From an uncultured delta proteobacterium (lineage in GTDB: Bacteria > Desulfobacterota > RBG-13-43-22): a stretch of 64,000 nucleotides of DNA. A program made the position numbers and the translations under genes. Location of the stretch: the NCBI GenBank assembly GCA_963746605.1, contig CAVVCH010000007.1:1620-65619 (forward strand), read 5' to 3'. Below the pieces are notes generated by a model that saw nothing but the letters and a program-made list of their open reading frames with translations, made no database searches and had not been told where the DNA came from. This document shows positions 1-10,755 of the stretch, piece by piece (within the stretch, counting starts at the first letter, position 1; every line of letters begins with the position of its first letter).

Positions 1-225
1 AATTCCAAACAATTTCGTCTGGCCCAGGTGGATGCCCTGCGCATTGCCGCCGGAGAGGGGCTGGGAAGCATTATCAATACGGCCATCCTGGGCGCCTACT
101 GCCGGGCCGCCGGGGCCGTCCCGCTCGCCTGCCTGGAAGAGGCGATCCGGGGTACGGTGCCGGCCAAGGTGGAGGCCAATGTGGCCGCGGCCCGAAAGGC
201 GTATGAGTTGACGAAAATATTTTAA
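1..225 (+). CDS. 2-oxoacid:acceptor oxidoreductase gamma subunit, C-terminal part (5' end outside window)
   Basis: VDALRIA...GSIINTAILGAY...ANVAAARKAYE matches the PorC/gamma C-terminus; alpha and beta subunits lie downstream. Confidence 0.85.
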   Translation, partial: NSKQFRLAQVDALRIAAGEGLGSIINTAILGAYCRAAGAVPLACLEEAIRGTVPAKVEANVAAARKAYELTKIF

Positions 226-231
226 AGACTT

Positions 232-345
232 TCTTTCACCGCCCGCTGCGCTCAAGACGCAGAGGACGCAAAGGGTTTTTTTATTCCGCGAACCGGCGGA
301 AAAAATAAATTCTTTGCGCCCTTTGCGCCTTTGCGGTGCGAAAAT
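232..345. repeat. 9-mer inverted-arm repeat element (GACGCAAAG / CTTTGCGCC)
   Basis: gacgcagaggacgcaaag ... ctttgcgccctttgcgcctttgcggtg forms an intergenic hairpin; related arms at 3250-3280 and 22795-22832. Confidence 0.75.
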
Positions 346-351
346 AATTTT

Positions 352-2097
352 ATGGATATTAAAGACATCGAACAGATAGCCCCGGTTTCCCGGGGGTCCA
401 CGGAGATTTTCAAGACCGGCCGGTGGGGTTCCGGGAAACCGGTTTATGTGGAGAAGACCTCCCCCTGCCGGCAGGCCTGTCCGGCGGGGATCGATATGGC
501 CCGGGCCTTGGCCGCGGCGTCCCTGGGGCGGCTCGACGAGGCCCTGCGGATCGTCCGGGAGGACAATCCCTTGCCGGGCGTCTGCGGACGGGTCTGCTAC
601 CACCCCTGCGAACAGGCCTGCAACCGGAAGGATTTTGACGAAGCGGTTAATATCCGCGGCTTTGAACGGTATCTGTCCGACCACGGTCGGGTGGACCTGG
701 AAAGAGAGGTCCCGGTCGAATTAAAAAAAGAGAAAGTGGCCGTCATCGGCTCCGGCCCGGCCGGCCTGAGCGCCGCCTGGCAATTGGTCCGGCTGGGATA
801 CCCGGTCACAATCTTCGAGGCCCTGCCCGAACCCGGGGGGATGCTGCGCTACGGTATTCCGGAGTACCGGCTCCCCGTCGAGGTCCTCCAAAGGGAGATC
901 GGGTATATCCGGCAACTCGGCGTGGAGATCCGGACCGGGGTGCGGGCGGGAAGAGACATTCCCCTGACGGAAATCAAAAAAGAGTACCAGGCCCTGTTCC
1001 TGGCCGCCGGGGCCCAAGGGAAGCCGGCGCCTGGGGATCGAAGGTGAAGACCTCCCCGGCGTCCTGGAAGGGATCCGGTTCCTGCGGCGGGTCCGTCACG
1101 GCGAGAAGGTGAAAATCGGCCGCCGGGTGGTCGTGATCGGGGGCGGAAATACCGCCGTGGACTGCGCCCGCACGGCCCGGCGTCTGGGCGGCGAAGAGGT
1201 CACCATCCTCTACCGACGCTCCCGGGCTTGAGATGCCGGCCTTGTCGGACGATCTGGACGGGGCGGAGCGGGAAGGGATCCGGCTGGAATGCCCGGTCCG
1301 TCCGAAACGATTGATTGAAGAAAAAGGGCGGCTGGCGGCGCTGGAATGTCTGCGGATGGAACCCGGACCTCCTGATGAAGACGGCCGGCCACGGCCCGTC
1401 CCCATACCGGGTTCGGAGTTCATCCTTCCGGTGGAAACGGTCATCAGTCGCCGTGGGCCAGGTCCCGGAGGCCGAATTCGTGGGGGACCTGGGGCTGTCT
1501 TTGAATCGGCTGGGCCGGATCGAAATGGTACCCGGGACCGCCGCCACGGCCGTGCCGGGGGTCTTCGCCGGCGGAGACGGCGCCGGAGGCCGGGCCTTCG
1601 TGGCCGATGCCATTGCCGAAGGGAAAACAGGGGCCCTGGCGATTGCCTGTTTTCTGGAAGGACGGGAGTTTAAAACGGAACGGGAACGCCTGCGGATCGG
1701 TTCCGGGGAATTCCTGGCCCTGGCCCCTTTCCGGACACCGGCGAAGACCCAGGCCGATTTGAAAAAAATCGTTTCCTTCGATCAGCTCAACAGCCTCTGT
1801 TTTCAACACAGCCGCCGGCAAGAAAATTCGGACCGAATGGACCCGCTGGAGGGACTGAAGCACTTCGAGGAACTGACGGAGGGCCTGGCCCCGGCCCAGA
1901 TAAAGGCCGAGATCGCCCGCTGCTTCAAATGCGGCACCTGTATCCATTGCGATCTCTGCTTTCTCCTCTGTCCGGATGTTTCCATCCGGAAGATCGGTTG
2001 GGAGGGCTACCGGGTGAACAGTGATTACTGCAAGGGCTGCGGCCAGTGCGCCGCCACCTGTCCCCGGCAGGTGATCGAGATGGGGGGGCCGGCATGA
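352..2097 (+). CDS. GltD/NfnB-like FAD/NAD(P) oxidoreductase fused to C-terminal 2[4Fe-4S] (delta-like) domain; split by three +1 frameshifts (~1020, ~1229, ~1446)
   Basis: PCRQACP, GRVCYHPCEQAC, VIGSGPAG, second Rossmann VIGGGNTAVD, YRRSR(A)EMPA, GVFAGGD, C-terminal CIHCDLCFLLCPD and CKGCGQCAATCP. Confidence 0.85.
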
Positions 2098-3245
2098 GGA
2101 CCCTGCTTTCCGGAAACGAGGCCATCGCCGAGGCGGTGCGCCTGGCCCGGGTGCCGTTCGTGGCCGCCTATCCCATTACCCCGCAGACCCCGATTTACGA
2201 AAAGTTGTCTGAAATGGAGAACCAGGGACGAATCACCGGGACTATGATGCGCACCGAATCCGAGCATTCGGCCATGGCCGCCTGCATCGCCGCCTCCCTG
2301 ACCGGGGTGCGGACCTTCACCGCCACCGCCTCCCAGGGGCTGGCCCTGATGCACGAGATGCTCCACTTTGCCTCCGGGAACCGGGTCCCGGTGGTGATGG
2401 CCAACGTGAACCGGGTGCTGGCCGTGCCCTGGGCCTTCGGCAGCGACCAGACCGACAGTCTTTCCCAGCGGGATACGGGCTGGCTGCAACTGTACTGCGA
2501 GGACGGACAGGAGGCCCTCGATACGGTCATCCAGGCCTACCGGATCGCCGAGCAGGTCATGCTGCCCGTCATGGTCTGCATCGACGGGTTTTTCACCTCC
2601 CATTTCATCGAACCCCTGGAGATCCCCGATCAGGAGGCGGTTGATGCCTTCCTGCCCCTGCCCAGCATCCCCAACCGGTTTGACACCCAAAACCCCGCCT
2701 ACATTTCCAATGTGGTCAGTCCCGCGCAGTTCATGCGCTTCCGGCAGCGGAGTTTCGAGGATATGGACAAGGCCCGACCGGTCATCCAAGCCGTCGATGA
2801 AGAATACCGGCAACGATTCGGCCGAGGCTACGGGCTGGTGGAGGCCGTGGATACCGGGGACGCCGAGATCGTCCTGGTCACCAGCGGGGCCATGACCGGC
2901 ACGGCCCGGGTGGCCGTCCGGGCGCTCCGGGAACATGGGGTCCGGGCCGGGCTGCTCAAGATCAAGGCCTTCCGGCCTTTCCCCAGGGAGGAGGTCCAGG
3001 CTGCGCTGAAAGGGGTGCCGAAGGCGGCGGTGGTGGACCGGAATATCTCCATCGGCAAGGAAGGGATCTTCTGCCAGGAATTGAAGGCCGCCCTGTATCC
3101 GCTGGAACGGCGCCCGCAAATCACCGGGTACATCGCGGGACTATGCGGGGACGATGTCTCCCCGGAGACGCTCGAGGAATTGGCCCGAGATACACTCCGG
3201 AGCGAGCAGCCACCTCCCGGACCGATCTGGGTGCGGAACGAATGA
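2094..3245 (+). CDS. 2-oxoacid:ferredoxin oxidoreductase alpha subunit
   Basis: SGNEAIA, YPITPQT, ESEHSA, TATASQGL motifs; ATGA overlap with upstream gene. Confidence 0.92.
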   Translation: MRTLLSGNEAIAEAVRLARVPFVAAYPITPQTPIYEKLSEMENQGRITGTMMRTESEHSAMAACIAASLTGVRTFTATASQGLALMHEMLHFASGNRVPVVMANVNRVLAVPWAFGSDQTDSLSQRDTGWLQLYCEDGQEALDTVIQAYRIAEQVMLPVMVCIDGFFTSHFIEPLEIPDQEAVDAFLPLPSIPNRFDTQNPAYISNVVSPAQFMRFRQRSFEDMDKARPVIQAVDEEYRQRFGRGYGLVEAVDTGDAEIVLVTSGAMTGTARVAVRALREHGVRAGLLKIKAFRPFPREEVQAALKGVPKAAVVDRNISIGKEGIFCQELKAALYPLERRPQITGYIAGLCGDDVSPETLEELARDTLRSEQPPPGPIWVRNE

Positions 3246-4150
3246 AAAACTTTCACCGCAAAGGCGCAAGGGACGCAAAGATAGAAAACGAATATTTCCG
3301 GTCGGGCCACATGGCCTGTCCGGGGTGCGGCATGGCCTCCACCATTCGGCTGGTCTTGAAGGCCCTGGGTGAAAAAACGGTCGTGGTCATCATTCCTTCC
3401 TGCGTCGGCGTCATCAGCGCCGCTTTTCCGAACAGCACCCTGACCGTGCCCTGTTTTCATTCAGCCTTTGAGATCGCGGCCCCGACGGCAGCCGGCATCG
3501 CTCAGGCCCTCAAAATTCAAGGGGATGAGGAAACCACCGTGCTGGCCCTGGCCGGCGACGGCGGCACTTTTGATATCGGGCTTCAGTCCCTGTCGGGCGC
3601 TGCCGATCGGAATGAAAATTTTCTCTATGTCTGTCTGGACAACGAAGGCTACATGAACACGGGTATTCAGTCGAGTTCGGCCACCCCCCAGGGGGCCTGG
3701 ACTACGACCACGCCGGGGGGTCGGGGCGGAAAAAAGAAACACTTCATGGAAATCATCGCGGCCCATCGCCTCCCCTATGCCGCCACGGCCTCCATCGGCC
3801 AACCGCTGGATCTCATGGAAAAGGTTAAAAAGGCCCAAAGGGTCCGGGGGACCCGGTTCATTCACACCCTGGTCCCCTGCCCGACGGGCTGGCGGATGCC
3901 CGAGGATCAGAGCGCTCGGTCGGCCATGCTGGCCGTGGAAAGCCGGATCTTCCCTCTCTATGAGATTGTCGACGGGATCCAATACCGGATCACCCACGAA
4001 TCACGAGGCCTCCCGGTCAGGGAGTACCTCAAACTGCAGGGTCGGTTTCGTCACCTGAGCGAGGAAGCGATTGCTGGGATCCAGCAAGAAGTGGACGAAG
4101 AATGGGAGCGGCTTCTGGTCCGCGTCCGGGGTTGTTCCCCAGAGGGCTGA
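3242..4150 (+). CDS. 2-oxoacid:ferredoxin oxidoreductase beta subunit (TPP-binding)
   Basis: ACPGCG, GDGGTFDIG, DNEGYMNTG, PCPTGW. Confidence 0.92.
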   Translation: MKNFHRKGARDAKIENEYFRSGHMACPGCGMASTIRLVLKALGEKTVVVIIPSCVGVISAAFPNSTLTVPCFHSAFEIAAPTAAGIAQALKIQGDEETTVLALAGDGGTFDIGLQSLSGAADRNENFLYVCLDNEGYMNTGIQSSSATPQGAWTTTTPGGRGGKKKHFMEIIAAHRLPYAATASIGQPLDLMEKVKKAQRVRGTRFIHTLVPCPTGWRMPEDQSARSAMLAVESRIFPLYEIVDGIQYRITHESRGLPVREYLKLQGRFRHLSEEAIAGIQQEVDEEWERLLVRVRGCSPEG

Positions 4151-4157
4151 TCGACCG

Positions 4158-4877
4158 ATGAAAAAATTGGTAATCCACGACAGCGGCACTATCCGAAAGA
4201 AGGTCTACACCTATGTGCGCGACCGGATTCTGGCGGGAGAGATAGCCCCTCAGCAGCGCCTGATCGAGACCAAGATCGCCCAGGAGATCGGGACCTCCCG
4301 CACCCCGGTCCGGGAGGCCCTGCATAACTTGGAAGTCGAAGGGCTCATCGAGTCCATCCCGCGGGTCGGGTATCGAGTCAAATTTTTGAATTCCGCAGAG
4401 GTGGAGGAGATTTGCGCTATCCGGGCCACTATCGAAGGGATGGCCGCCGACTGGGCCATGAGGAAGGCCCCTGGAAAGCTGGTGTCGGAACTAAAAAAAA
4501 ATATTGTCCAGTCGGAAAAAATCATAGCCCAGGGTACGGTTAAGGCTTTTGTGGAGTTGGATGCCCAATTCCATGAGAGTATCGCCCGACTGAGCGGTAG
4601 CCCGCGTCTCTTGGAGCTGGCCCAGACCCTTCGGCGCCATATGCTGCGCTACCGGATAGAGAGTATCTATACACCGGATAACGTCCGGCGGGCCATCGAC
4701 GGACACAAAGGCATCCTCCGGGCGATCGAGAAGGCCGATCGGGGAGGGGTGGGACAGGCCCTTAATGCCCATCTGGAACAGTCGAAGAAGGATATTCTGC
4801 GGTATGCCTTCAAAGAAACCAATCCGGAATCAGGAGGAGTAGAGGCTTTGGTTCCCGGTCCTGGGATTTGTTCCTAA
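4158..4877 (+). CDS. GntR/FCD family transcriptional regulator
   Basis: N-terminal wHTH (SRTPVREAL...EGLI) plus FCD domain (DAQFH...H). Confidence 0.92.
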   Translation: MKKLVIHDSGTIRKKVYTYVRDRILAGEIAPQQRLIETKIAQEIGTSRTPVREALHNLEVEGLIESIPRVGYRVKFLNSAEVEEICAIRATIEGMAADWAMRKAPGKLVSELKKNIVQSEKIIAQGTVKAFVELDAQFHESIARLSGSPRLLELAQTLRRHMLRYRIESIYTPDNVRRAIDGHKGILRAIEKADRGGVGQALNAHLEQSKKDILRYAFKETNPESGGVEALVPGPGICS

Positions 4878-4899
4878 CATTGAAACCGGGGCATTCTTT

Positions 4900-5040
4900 A
4901 AGTCCGAAATTCGAAGCACGAAATCCGAAACAAACACGAATGTCCAAAATCCAAATGATCAAAACAAACACGTTTCGAATTTTGAAATTTGATCATTTGA
5001 ATTTGTTTCGGATTTCGGATTTCGGATTTCGAGTTTGTGT
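4900..5040. repeat. Heptamer inverted-arm element (GAAATCC / GGATTTC), no cargo
   Basis: cgaaattcgaagcacgaaatccgaaacaaa ... tttgtttcggatttcggatttcggatttcgag; arms are reverse complements. Confidence 0.85.
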
Positions 5041-5061
5041 TTGTGTTTTGGTTAACAATCG

Positions 5062-5562
5062 ATGAGGGGAGAAAGGTTCTGGCATATTTTTGATCGGATC
5101 CTCGATCGGCTGGCCGCCCTGGCCGGTCTGATCCTGGTCTTTATCGTGGCCGCCGTTTGCTACACCATCGGGCTGCGCTATCTGTTTACCCGCACCACGA
5201 TCTGGATCACCCAGACCACCGAGTATGCCCTCTTGTGGATCGTTTTTCTTTCCACCACCTGGCTTTTGAGGGAGGGGGGGCATATCACGACCGATATCGT
5301 CTACACGCATCTTCGGAAGAAAACCAAACGCCGTCTCGACGGAGTCATGCTGGTCATCGGGGGGATCACCAGCGCCCTCCTGGTTTATTTGGGAGCAATC
5401 CATACCTGGGACTGTATCGCCAACGGCGTGACCGATGTCCGGGCGGTGACCGTCCCCAAAGCATCTGTTTTCAGCATCATCCCTCTGGGCAGCCTGCTCC
5501 TGACCATTCAGTTCTTTCGCATGGCCTGGGATCGAATGGCCCGGCGGAAGGACCAGGAATAG
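5062..5562 (+). CDS. dctQ: TRAP transporter small permease
   Basis: Four hydrophobic segments, RYLF...W...EY and GGHI motifs; adjacent to DctM. Confidence 0.9.
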   Translation: MRGERFWHIFDRILDRLAALAGLILVFIVAAVCYTIGLRYLFTRTTIWITQTTEYALLWIVFLSTTWLLREGGHITTDIVYTHLRKKTKRRLDGVMLVIGGITSALLVYLGAIHTWDCIANGVTDVRAVTVPKASVFSIIPLGSLLLTIQFFRMAWDRMARRKDQE

Positions 5563-5565
5563 CCG

Positions 5566-6885
5566 ATGGAATGGTACACGGCCCTTCTGATCCTGTTCGG
5601 AGGCATGGTGCTTCTGATTTTGACCAACCTGCCCATCGCCTTTGCCTTTCTGGTGGTCAATATGGTCGCGGCCTATTTCTTTCTGGGGGGGATGCCGGGC
5701 CTGGTCGGGGTGGTGACGGGAACCTTCACCTCGATTACGACTTTCACCCTGCTCCCCGTGCCCTTTTTCATCCTCATGGGGGAACTGATCTTCCATTCCG
5801 GCTTAGGGCTCAACGCGGTCAACGTGCTGGACAAATGGCTGGGTAAGGTCCGGGGCCGGCTCTCCATCCTGGCCATCGTCATGGGGGTCATCATCGGCGC
5901 CCTCTCCGGCTCAACGATCGCCACCTGCGCTCTCCTGGGAACCATCCTGCTTCCGGATATGTTGAAAAGAGGCTACAGCAAGAACATGAGCTTGGGCCCG
6001 CTCATGGGCGTCGGTACCGTGGATGCCCTGATCCCTCCCAACGCCCTGACCGTGGTGCTGGCCAGTCTGGCCAACATCGATGTCGGTCAACTGCTGATCG
6101 CCGGCATCTTGCCGGGCATTATCATGTCCGTCCTCTACCTGGCCTATGTCATCATCCGCTGCCGACTCAAACCGGAAGAAGCGCCGCTGTACGATGTCCC
6201 CCCCATTCCCTTGAAGGAAAAGATCGCGGATACGGTTAAGTACCTGTTGCCGCTCAGCTTGATCATCTTTATGGTCATCGGTTTCATATTCCTCGGAATC
6301 GCCACTCCGACGGAGGCGGCGGCCACCGGCACCTTGGGGTCCTTCATCCTGGCTCTCGTTTACCGGCGCTTAACCCTGGAAACGATCAAGAAATCGGTTT
6401 ACGGGACCGTGAAAGTCACGGTCATGATCTTCATGATCATCATCGTCTCCAGCACCTACGGGGAAATATTAGCCTTTACGGGCGCAGCTTCCGGAATGAC
6501 GGCGTTTATTACTCAGCTCACCATTTCGCCCATGGTGATCCTTGTCGGCATGCTGATCGTTATCCTGATTATGGGTTGTTTCATGGAAACGGTGGCCATT
6601 ATGATGATCACCATCCCGATCTATATGCCGGTCGTTAACTCGTTAGGTTATAATACGGTCTGGTTTGGTGTCCTGATGCTGATCGCCCTGGAGACCGGTC
6701 TGATCACCCCTCCCTTTGGCGTAACCCTCTTTGTGATGAAAGGCGTTGCTCCCCCGGAGGTAACCATGGCCGATATCTGGAGAGCCGTTACCCCCTATGT
6801 GGTCATCGATATCCTCTGCATCGCCCTGGTGTTGATTATGCCGTTTTTGGCAACGGTCGTACCCGGACTCATGGGGATGAAATGA
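5566..6885 (+). CDS. dctM: TRAP transporter large permease
   Basis: PFFILMGE, SGS, LIPP, GIATPTEAA, GLITPPFG motifs. Confidence 0.95.
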   Translation: MEWYTALLILFGGMVLLILTNLPIAFAFLVVNMVAAYFFLGGMPGLVGVVTGTFTSITTFTLLPVPFFILMGELIFHSGLGLNAVNVLDKWLGKVRGRLSILAIVMGVIIGALSGSTIATCALLGTILLPDMLKRGYSKNMSLGPLMGVGTVDALIPPNALTVVLASLANIDVGQLLIAGILPGIIMSVLYLAYVIIRCRLKPEEAPLYDVPPIPLKEKIADTVKYLLPLSLIIFMVIGFIFLGIATPTEAAATGTLGSFILALVYRRLTLETIKKSVYGTVKVTVMIFMIIIVSSTYGEILAFTGAASGMTAFITQLTISPMVILVGMLIVILIMGCFMETVAIMMITIPIYMPVVNSLGYNTVWFGVLMLIALETGLITPPFGVTLFVMKGVAPPEVTMADIWRAVTPYVVIDILCIALVLIMPFLATVVPGLMGMK

Positions 6886-6975
6886 AGGGAAATAAAATCA
6901 TTCGGTTTTCAAAGGACGATCCGGAGGGATTTGGATCGTCGGCCTTTAAAATAATTCCATTAAGGAGGCACCTTC

Positions 6976-7968
6976 ATGAAAAAAAGATTTCTGTTGATGA
7001 TGTTTCTGGCCCTGGCCGTTTTAATCGGTCCGACCGGCTGGGTTAAGGCGGAAACCTTCACCCTGAAAGCCGTGACCGGCTGGCCTAAAACAGCCAGCGA
7101 GTACAAGGCCTTTACCATCTTTACCGACCTGGTGGAACAGGCGGTTAAACAGAAAGCCCCGGGAGAATTGAAAATCCAGTATATCGGCGGCCCGGAGGCG
7201 GTCAAAACACCCGACCAGGTCCAGGCCTTGCAGCGGGGTATGGTGGACATGGTCTATACCACCACGGCCTATTACGTATCGGTCCTCCCGGAAGTGGATG
7301 CGTACAAATTATCCAATTTTACTCCCGCTGAAGAAAGATCCGGCGGGGCCCTGGCCTATCTGAACGGTATCCACGAAAAGAAGATCGGAGTCCATTTGCT
7401 GGCCAGGCTGGGTCTGGATACCAAATTTCATCTCTACCTGAAAAAACCCATCAAGACCGCCGACCTCAAAGGGTTGAACATCCGGGTTTCACCGATGTAC
7501 CTGCAGGCCATCAAAGGACTCGGCGGGAATCCGGTGGTGATTCCACCCACGGAAGTCTATACCGCCCTGGAGCGAAACGTGGTCGACGGCTATTGCTGGC
7601 CTTCGGTCGGAATTCGGGACTGGGGCTGGCACAAGCAGACGAAATATGTGGTCGACCCGGGCTTTTACACGGTTCCCAATCCCTTGCTGGTCAATTTGAA
7701 CACTTGGAATAAGCTGCCCCAAAAGCTGAGGGACCTGCTCACCGAAGCGGCCAAAGAAGCGGAGAAAAAGGTAACGGCCGTTTTTGACGAACTGGAGAAA
7801 CAGGAGCGGCCGCTGCTGGTCAAGGAAGGCATCCAGGTGATTGACCTGCCGGCCGGCGAGAAGGAAAAGTTTCTGCAGGTGGCTACCGATGAGGGCTGGA
7901 AGGACATCTTACTGAAAAATCCCCAATCCGGACCGGAGCTTAAAAAACTGCTGACCAGACCGAGGTAA
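6976..7968 (+). CDS. dctP: TRAP substrate-binding protein
   Basis: Signal peptide; DLKGLNIRV, LGGNPV, EVYTALERNVVDG. Confidence 0.92.
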   Translation: MKKRFLLMMFLALAVLIGPTGWVKAETFTLKAVTGWPKTASEYKAFTIFTDLVEQAVKQKAPGELKIQYIGGPEAVKTPDQVQALQRGMVDMVYTTTAYYVSVLPEVDAYKLSNFTPAEERSGGALAYLNGIHEKKIGVHLLARLGLDTKFHLYLKKPIKTADLKGLNIRVSPMYLQAIKGLGGNPVVIPPTEVYTALERNVVDGYCWPSVGIRDWGWHKQTKYVVDPGFYTVPNPLLVNLNTWNKLPQKLRDLLTEAAKEAEKKVTAVFDELEKQERPLLVKEGIQVIDLPAGEKEKFLQVATDEGWKDILLKNPQSGPELKKLLTRPR

Positions 7969-7972
7969 AGAG

Positions 7973-9352
7973 GTGGAAGAAAGAATTAAAAAAGCCCTGA
8001 TCGACATCGCCGGCCGGGAAAATGTTTCCGAGGCCCTAGTAGATCGGATCAACTGTTCGCAGGATTTTTCAGAACACCGCCATCTCCCGGAGGGGACCGT
8101 CTGGCCGACCACTACGGAACAGGTTTCGGCCATCCTCCGACTGGCCACTCAGGAAAAAATCCCCGTCACCCCCCGGGGGGCGGGCACGGGGGCCACGGGT
8201 ATGGCGGTGCCCAGCCGGGGGGGGATCGTCCTGGACCTGGTGCGGATGAATAAGATTCTGAAGATCAGTATTGAAGACCGCTTGGCCGTCGTCCAGCCGG
8301 GGGTTGTCTACGCCGACCTGCAAAGGGCTTTGGGCCGTTTTGGTTTCTTCTTTCCTCCCGATCCGGCCTCGGGCAAGGTAGCTACCCTCGGAGGCAACGT
8401 GGCCACCAACGCCGGGGGGATTAAAGGGGCTAAATACGGCACCACCAAAGATTATGTTCTGGGTCTGGAGGTGGTTCTGCCCGACGGCCGGGTCATGCGG
8501 ACCGGGTCCAATTGTATGAAGTCGGTCTCCGGCTACGGCCTGACCCAACTCCTGGTGGCCTCCGAAGGCACCCTGGGGGTGATCACCGAGATCCGGCTCA
8601 AGGTAAACCCGTTGCCCACCGCCCGTTCTACCGCCTTAGCCGCCTTTGACCGGTTGCGGGACGCGGGCCAGGCCGTCACCCAGATCATGGTCTCCGGGAT
8701 TATCCCCAGTGTTTGCGAAATCCTGGACCGTCAAACCATCAACCTGCTGACTCGGCATACCGAAGTGGAGTTACCCGCCGCGGAGGCCATCATCCTGGTC
8801 GAGACCGACGGTTATACCGTGACGGAAACCGAATTTCAGATGAGCAAAATCATCGAGGTATTTCAAAAGAACCAGGCGGTCCAAATCAGGCAAGCCGCCT
8901 CGGCGGCCGAAGCCGAAGGCCTCTGGTCCGCCCGCAAGTCGCTGGGCAGCGTGATTATGCGGTTCAAACCGAATTTTCTGGTGGAGGATGTGACCGTTCC
9001 CATGTCCAGGATCACCGATCTGCTGGAAGGGATCGAGGCGATCGGCCGCCGCTATGCCCTGGACCTGGTTACCTTCGGGCATGCGGGCGACGGGAATCTT
9101 CATCCCCACGTCATGTACGACGGCGCCGACCCGGAGGAAGTGGGCCGGGTGCACCAGGCGGCGGCCGACCTCTTCCGGCTGACCTGTCAACTGGGGGGAA
9201 CCCTGACCGGGGAGCACGGCATCGGATTGAGCAAGGCCTCTTTTATGTCCCTGGAGCACGATCCGGTGTCCCTGGAGATGATGCGTGCTCTGAAGAAAGT
9301 TTTCGATCCGCAGAACATCCTCAACCCGGGAAAGATGGGGCTGGAGGTTTAA
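7973..9352 (+). CDS. FAD-linked oxidase, GlcD/D-lactate dehydrogenase family
   Basis: PRGAGTG, PPDPAS, GGNVATNAGG, GHAGDGNLH, GEHGIG, ILNPGK. Confidence 0.92.
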   Translation: MEERIKKALIDIAGRENVSEALVDRINCSQDFSEHRHLPEGTVWPTTTEQVSAILRLATQEKIPVTPRGAGTGATGMAVPSRGGIVLDLVRMNKILKISIEDRLAVVQPGVVYADLQRALGRFGFFFPPDPASGKVATLGGNVATNAGGIKGAKYGTTKDYVLGLEVVLPDGRVMRTGSNCMKSVSGYGLTQLLVASEGTLGVITEIRLKVNPLPTARSTALAAFDRLRDAGQAVTQIMVSGIIPSVCEILDRQTINLLTRHTEVELPAAEAIILVETDGYTVTETEFQMSKIIEVFQKNQAVQIRQAASAAEAEGLWSARKSLGSVIMRFKPNFLVEDVTVPMSRITDLLEGIEAIGRRYALDLVTFGHAGDGNLHPHVMYDGADPEEVGRVHQAAADLFRLTCQLGGTLTGEHGIGLSKASFMSLEHDPVSLEMMRALKKVFDPQNILNPGKMGLEV

Positions 9353-10471
9353 ATGGAGCCCGGCAAACTTTTTGGGAAAAAATATCGGGATCAGATTTCC
9401 CGGTGTTCGCGCTGCGGATTTTGTCAGGTTTCCTGCCCGGTCTACGGGGCCACTCTCCGGCCGGCAATCAACCCCCGGGGGAAGATGCTTATTTTAAAGG
9501 ATGTTCTGGAGGGGCGGTTGGCCCTCGGCCGGGAACTGCAGGAAGTCTTTTACCAGTGTACCGTTTGCGCCAATTGCGCTTTGAATTGTCCCGCCGGGGT
9601 TAATGTGGCCGAGGTCCTCCAGGAAGCCCGGAAAGAGATGGTCCGGACAGGGGAGGGGCACCCGGTATTCGAAGGGTTGCAGCAGGTCCTGGACCGGCAG
9701 GTCAATATTTACGGTGAGGACGGCCGGGATGATTTCGGAAGGGAAAAAAATAAGCCGGCCGAGTATATTTTCTTTATCGGGTGCGTGGGCTCCTTTCGGG
9801 AAGTCGAATCCACCCGGCAAACCTTGAACCTGCTGGACCGTCTGAAGGTGGATTATACCTTGATCGACGAGGACTGTTGCAGCGGCATCCTGCAGGAGGT
9901 CGGTTACCCGATAAACGAGGATCGGGTCAGGGAAAATTGCCAACGCATCTTAAAGACGGGGGCCAAAACCGTTATTACCGGCTGTCCTTATTGCTTTCGG
10001 ACCTTTAACCGGGCTCCTTCTTACGCGCCGCTCCGGGACCGGGGGATCGGGATTATACATCTGACCCAGTTCTTAGAGGACGTAGACCTCGGCGTCACCA
10101 CGGAAAAAAAGATCACCTACCATGATCCCTGCGACCTGGGAAGGCATTCAAAAATGTACGACGCACCCCGCCGGATCATCCGGCGGATTGCCCCGAATTT
10201 TGTGGAAATGGACCACCACCAGGACCAGGCCCTCTGCTGCGGCGCGGGGGGAGGGATGCGGGCCGCCTATCCCGGGACGTCCATTAAGATGGCCCGCCAT
10301 TGTCTGCGGGAGGCCACGGACATCGGCGCCGACATTCTTTTGACCAACTGCAATTCCTGTTTACACAATTTGTCCAATGCCCAAAAAAGATATTCCTTTT
10401 TTCGGAAAGATAAATTACACATTTATAACGTGGGCCAGTACCTTAATCTCCTCCTGGATGGAGCCGAATGA
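9353..10471 (+). CDS. (Fe-S)-binding protein, GlcF/HdrD-like with CCG domains
   Basis: Two CxxCxxCxxxCP motifs; CCSG, YHDPCDLGR, CCGAGGG. Confidence 0.9.
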   Translation: MEPGKLFGKKYRDQISRCSRCGFCQVSCPVYGATLRPAINPRGKMLILKDVLEGRLALGRELQEVFYQCTVCANCALNCPAGVNVAEVLQEARKEMVRTGEGHPVFEGLQQVLDRQVNIYGEDGRDDFGREKNKPAEYIFFIGCVGSFREVESTRQTLNLLDRLKVDYTLIDEDCCSGILQEVGYPINEDRVRENCQRILKTGAKTVITGCPYCFRTFNRAPSYAPLRDRGIGIIHLTQFLEDVDLGVTTEKKITYHDPCDLGRHSKMYDAPRRIIRRIAPNFVEMDHHQDQALCCGAGGGMRAAYPGTSIKMARHCLREATDIGADILLTNCNSCLHNLSNAQKRYSFFRKDKLHIYNVGQYLNLLLDGAE

Positions 10472-10755
10472 GCCGGGAAGAAAAGGATAAGGCCAGGCCG
10501 GAGCTTGAGCCTCACTTATCAAAGGATATTAAATGGTTCCATGACCCGGGGCTTCGTTTTTTGCTTGACAACTTTCGGGTGCGTCCGTATACTCCCCCGA
10601 ATGACTATAATATGATTATATTGTAATTAATTCATGGCTACAAACAAGAATTTCAGACTGAAAAGGAGGTGAGGGGAGGCGAATCAACACGTCCTTAGGA
10701 TTAACCGGCCGGATCAAGCACTTGACAGTCAATAACCATTCAGAGGAGGTTAGGC

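Noticed and set aside
1228-1230. In-frame TGA in the GltD-like gene as selenocysteine
   Set aside because: The conserved YRRSRAEMPA motif continues in another frame, so this is a one-base insertion rather than readthrough.
4868-5065. Small ORFs 4868-5065, 53717-53950, 60037-60312 and 62608-62850
   Set aside because: They are translations of heptamer arrays (for example SSVLCHP and FRISDFG) with no independent coding evidence.
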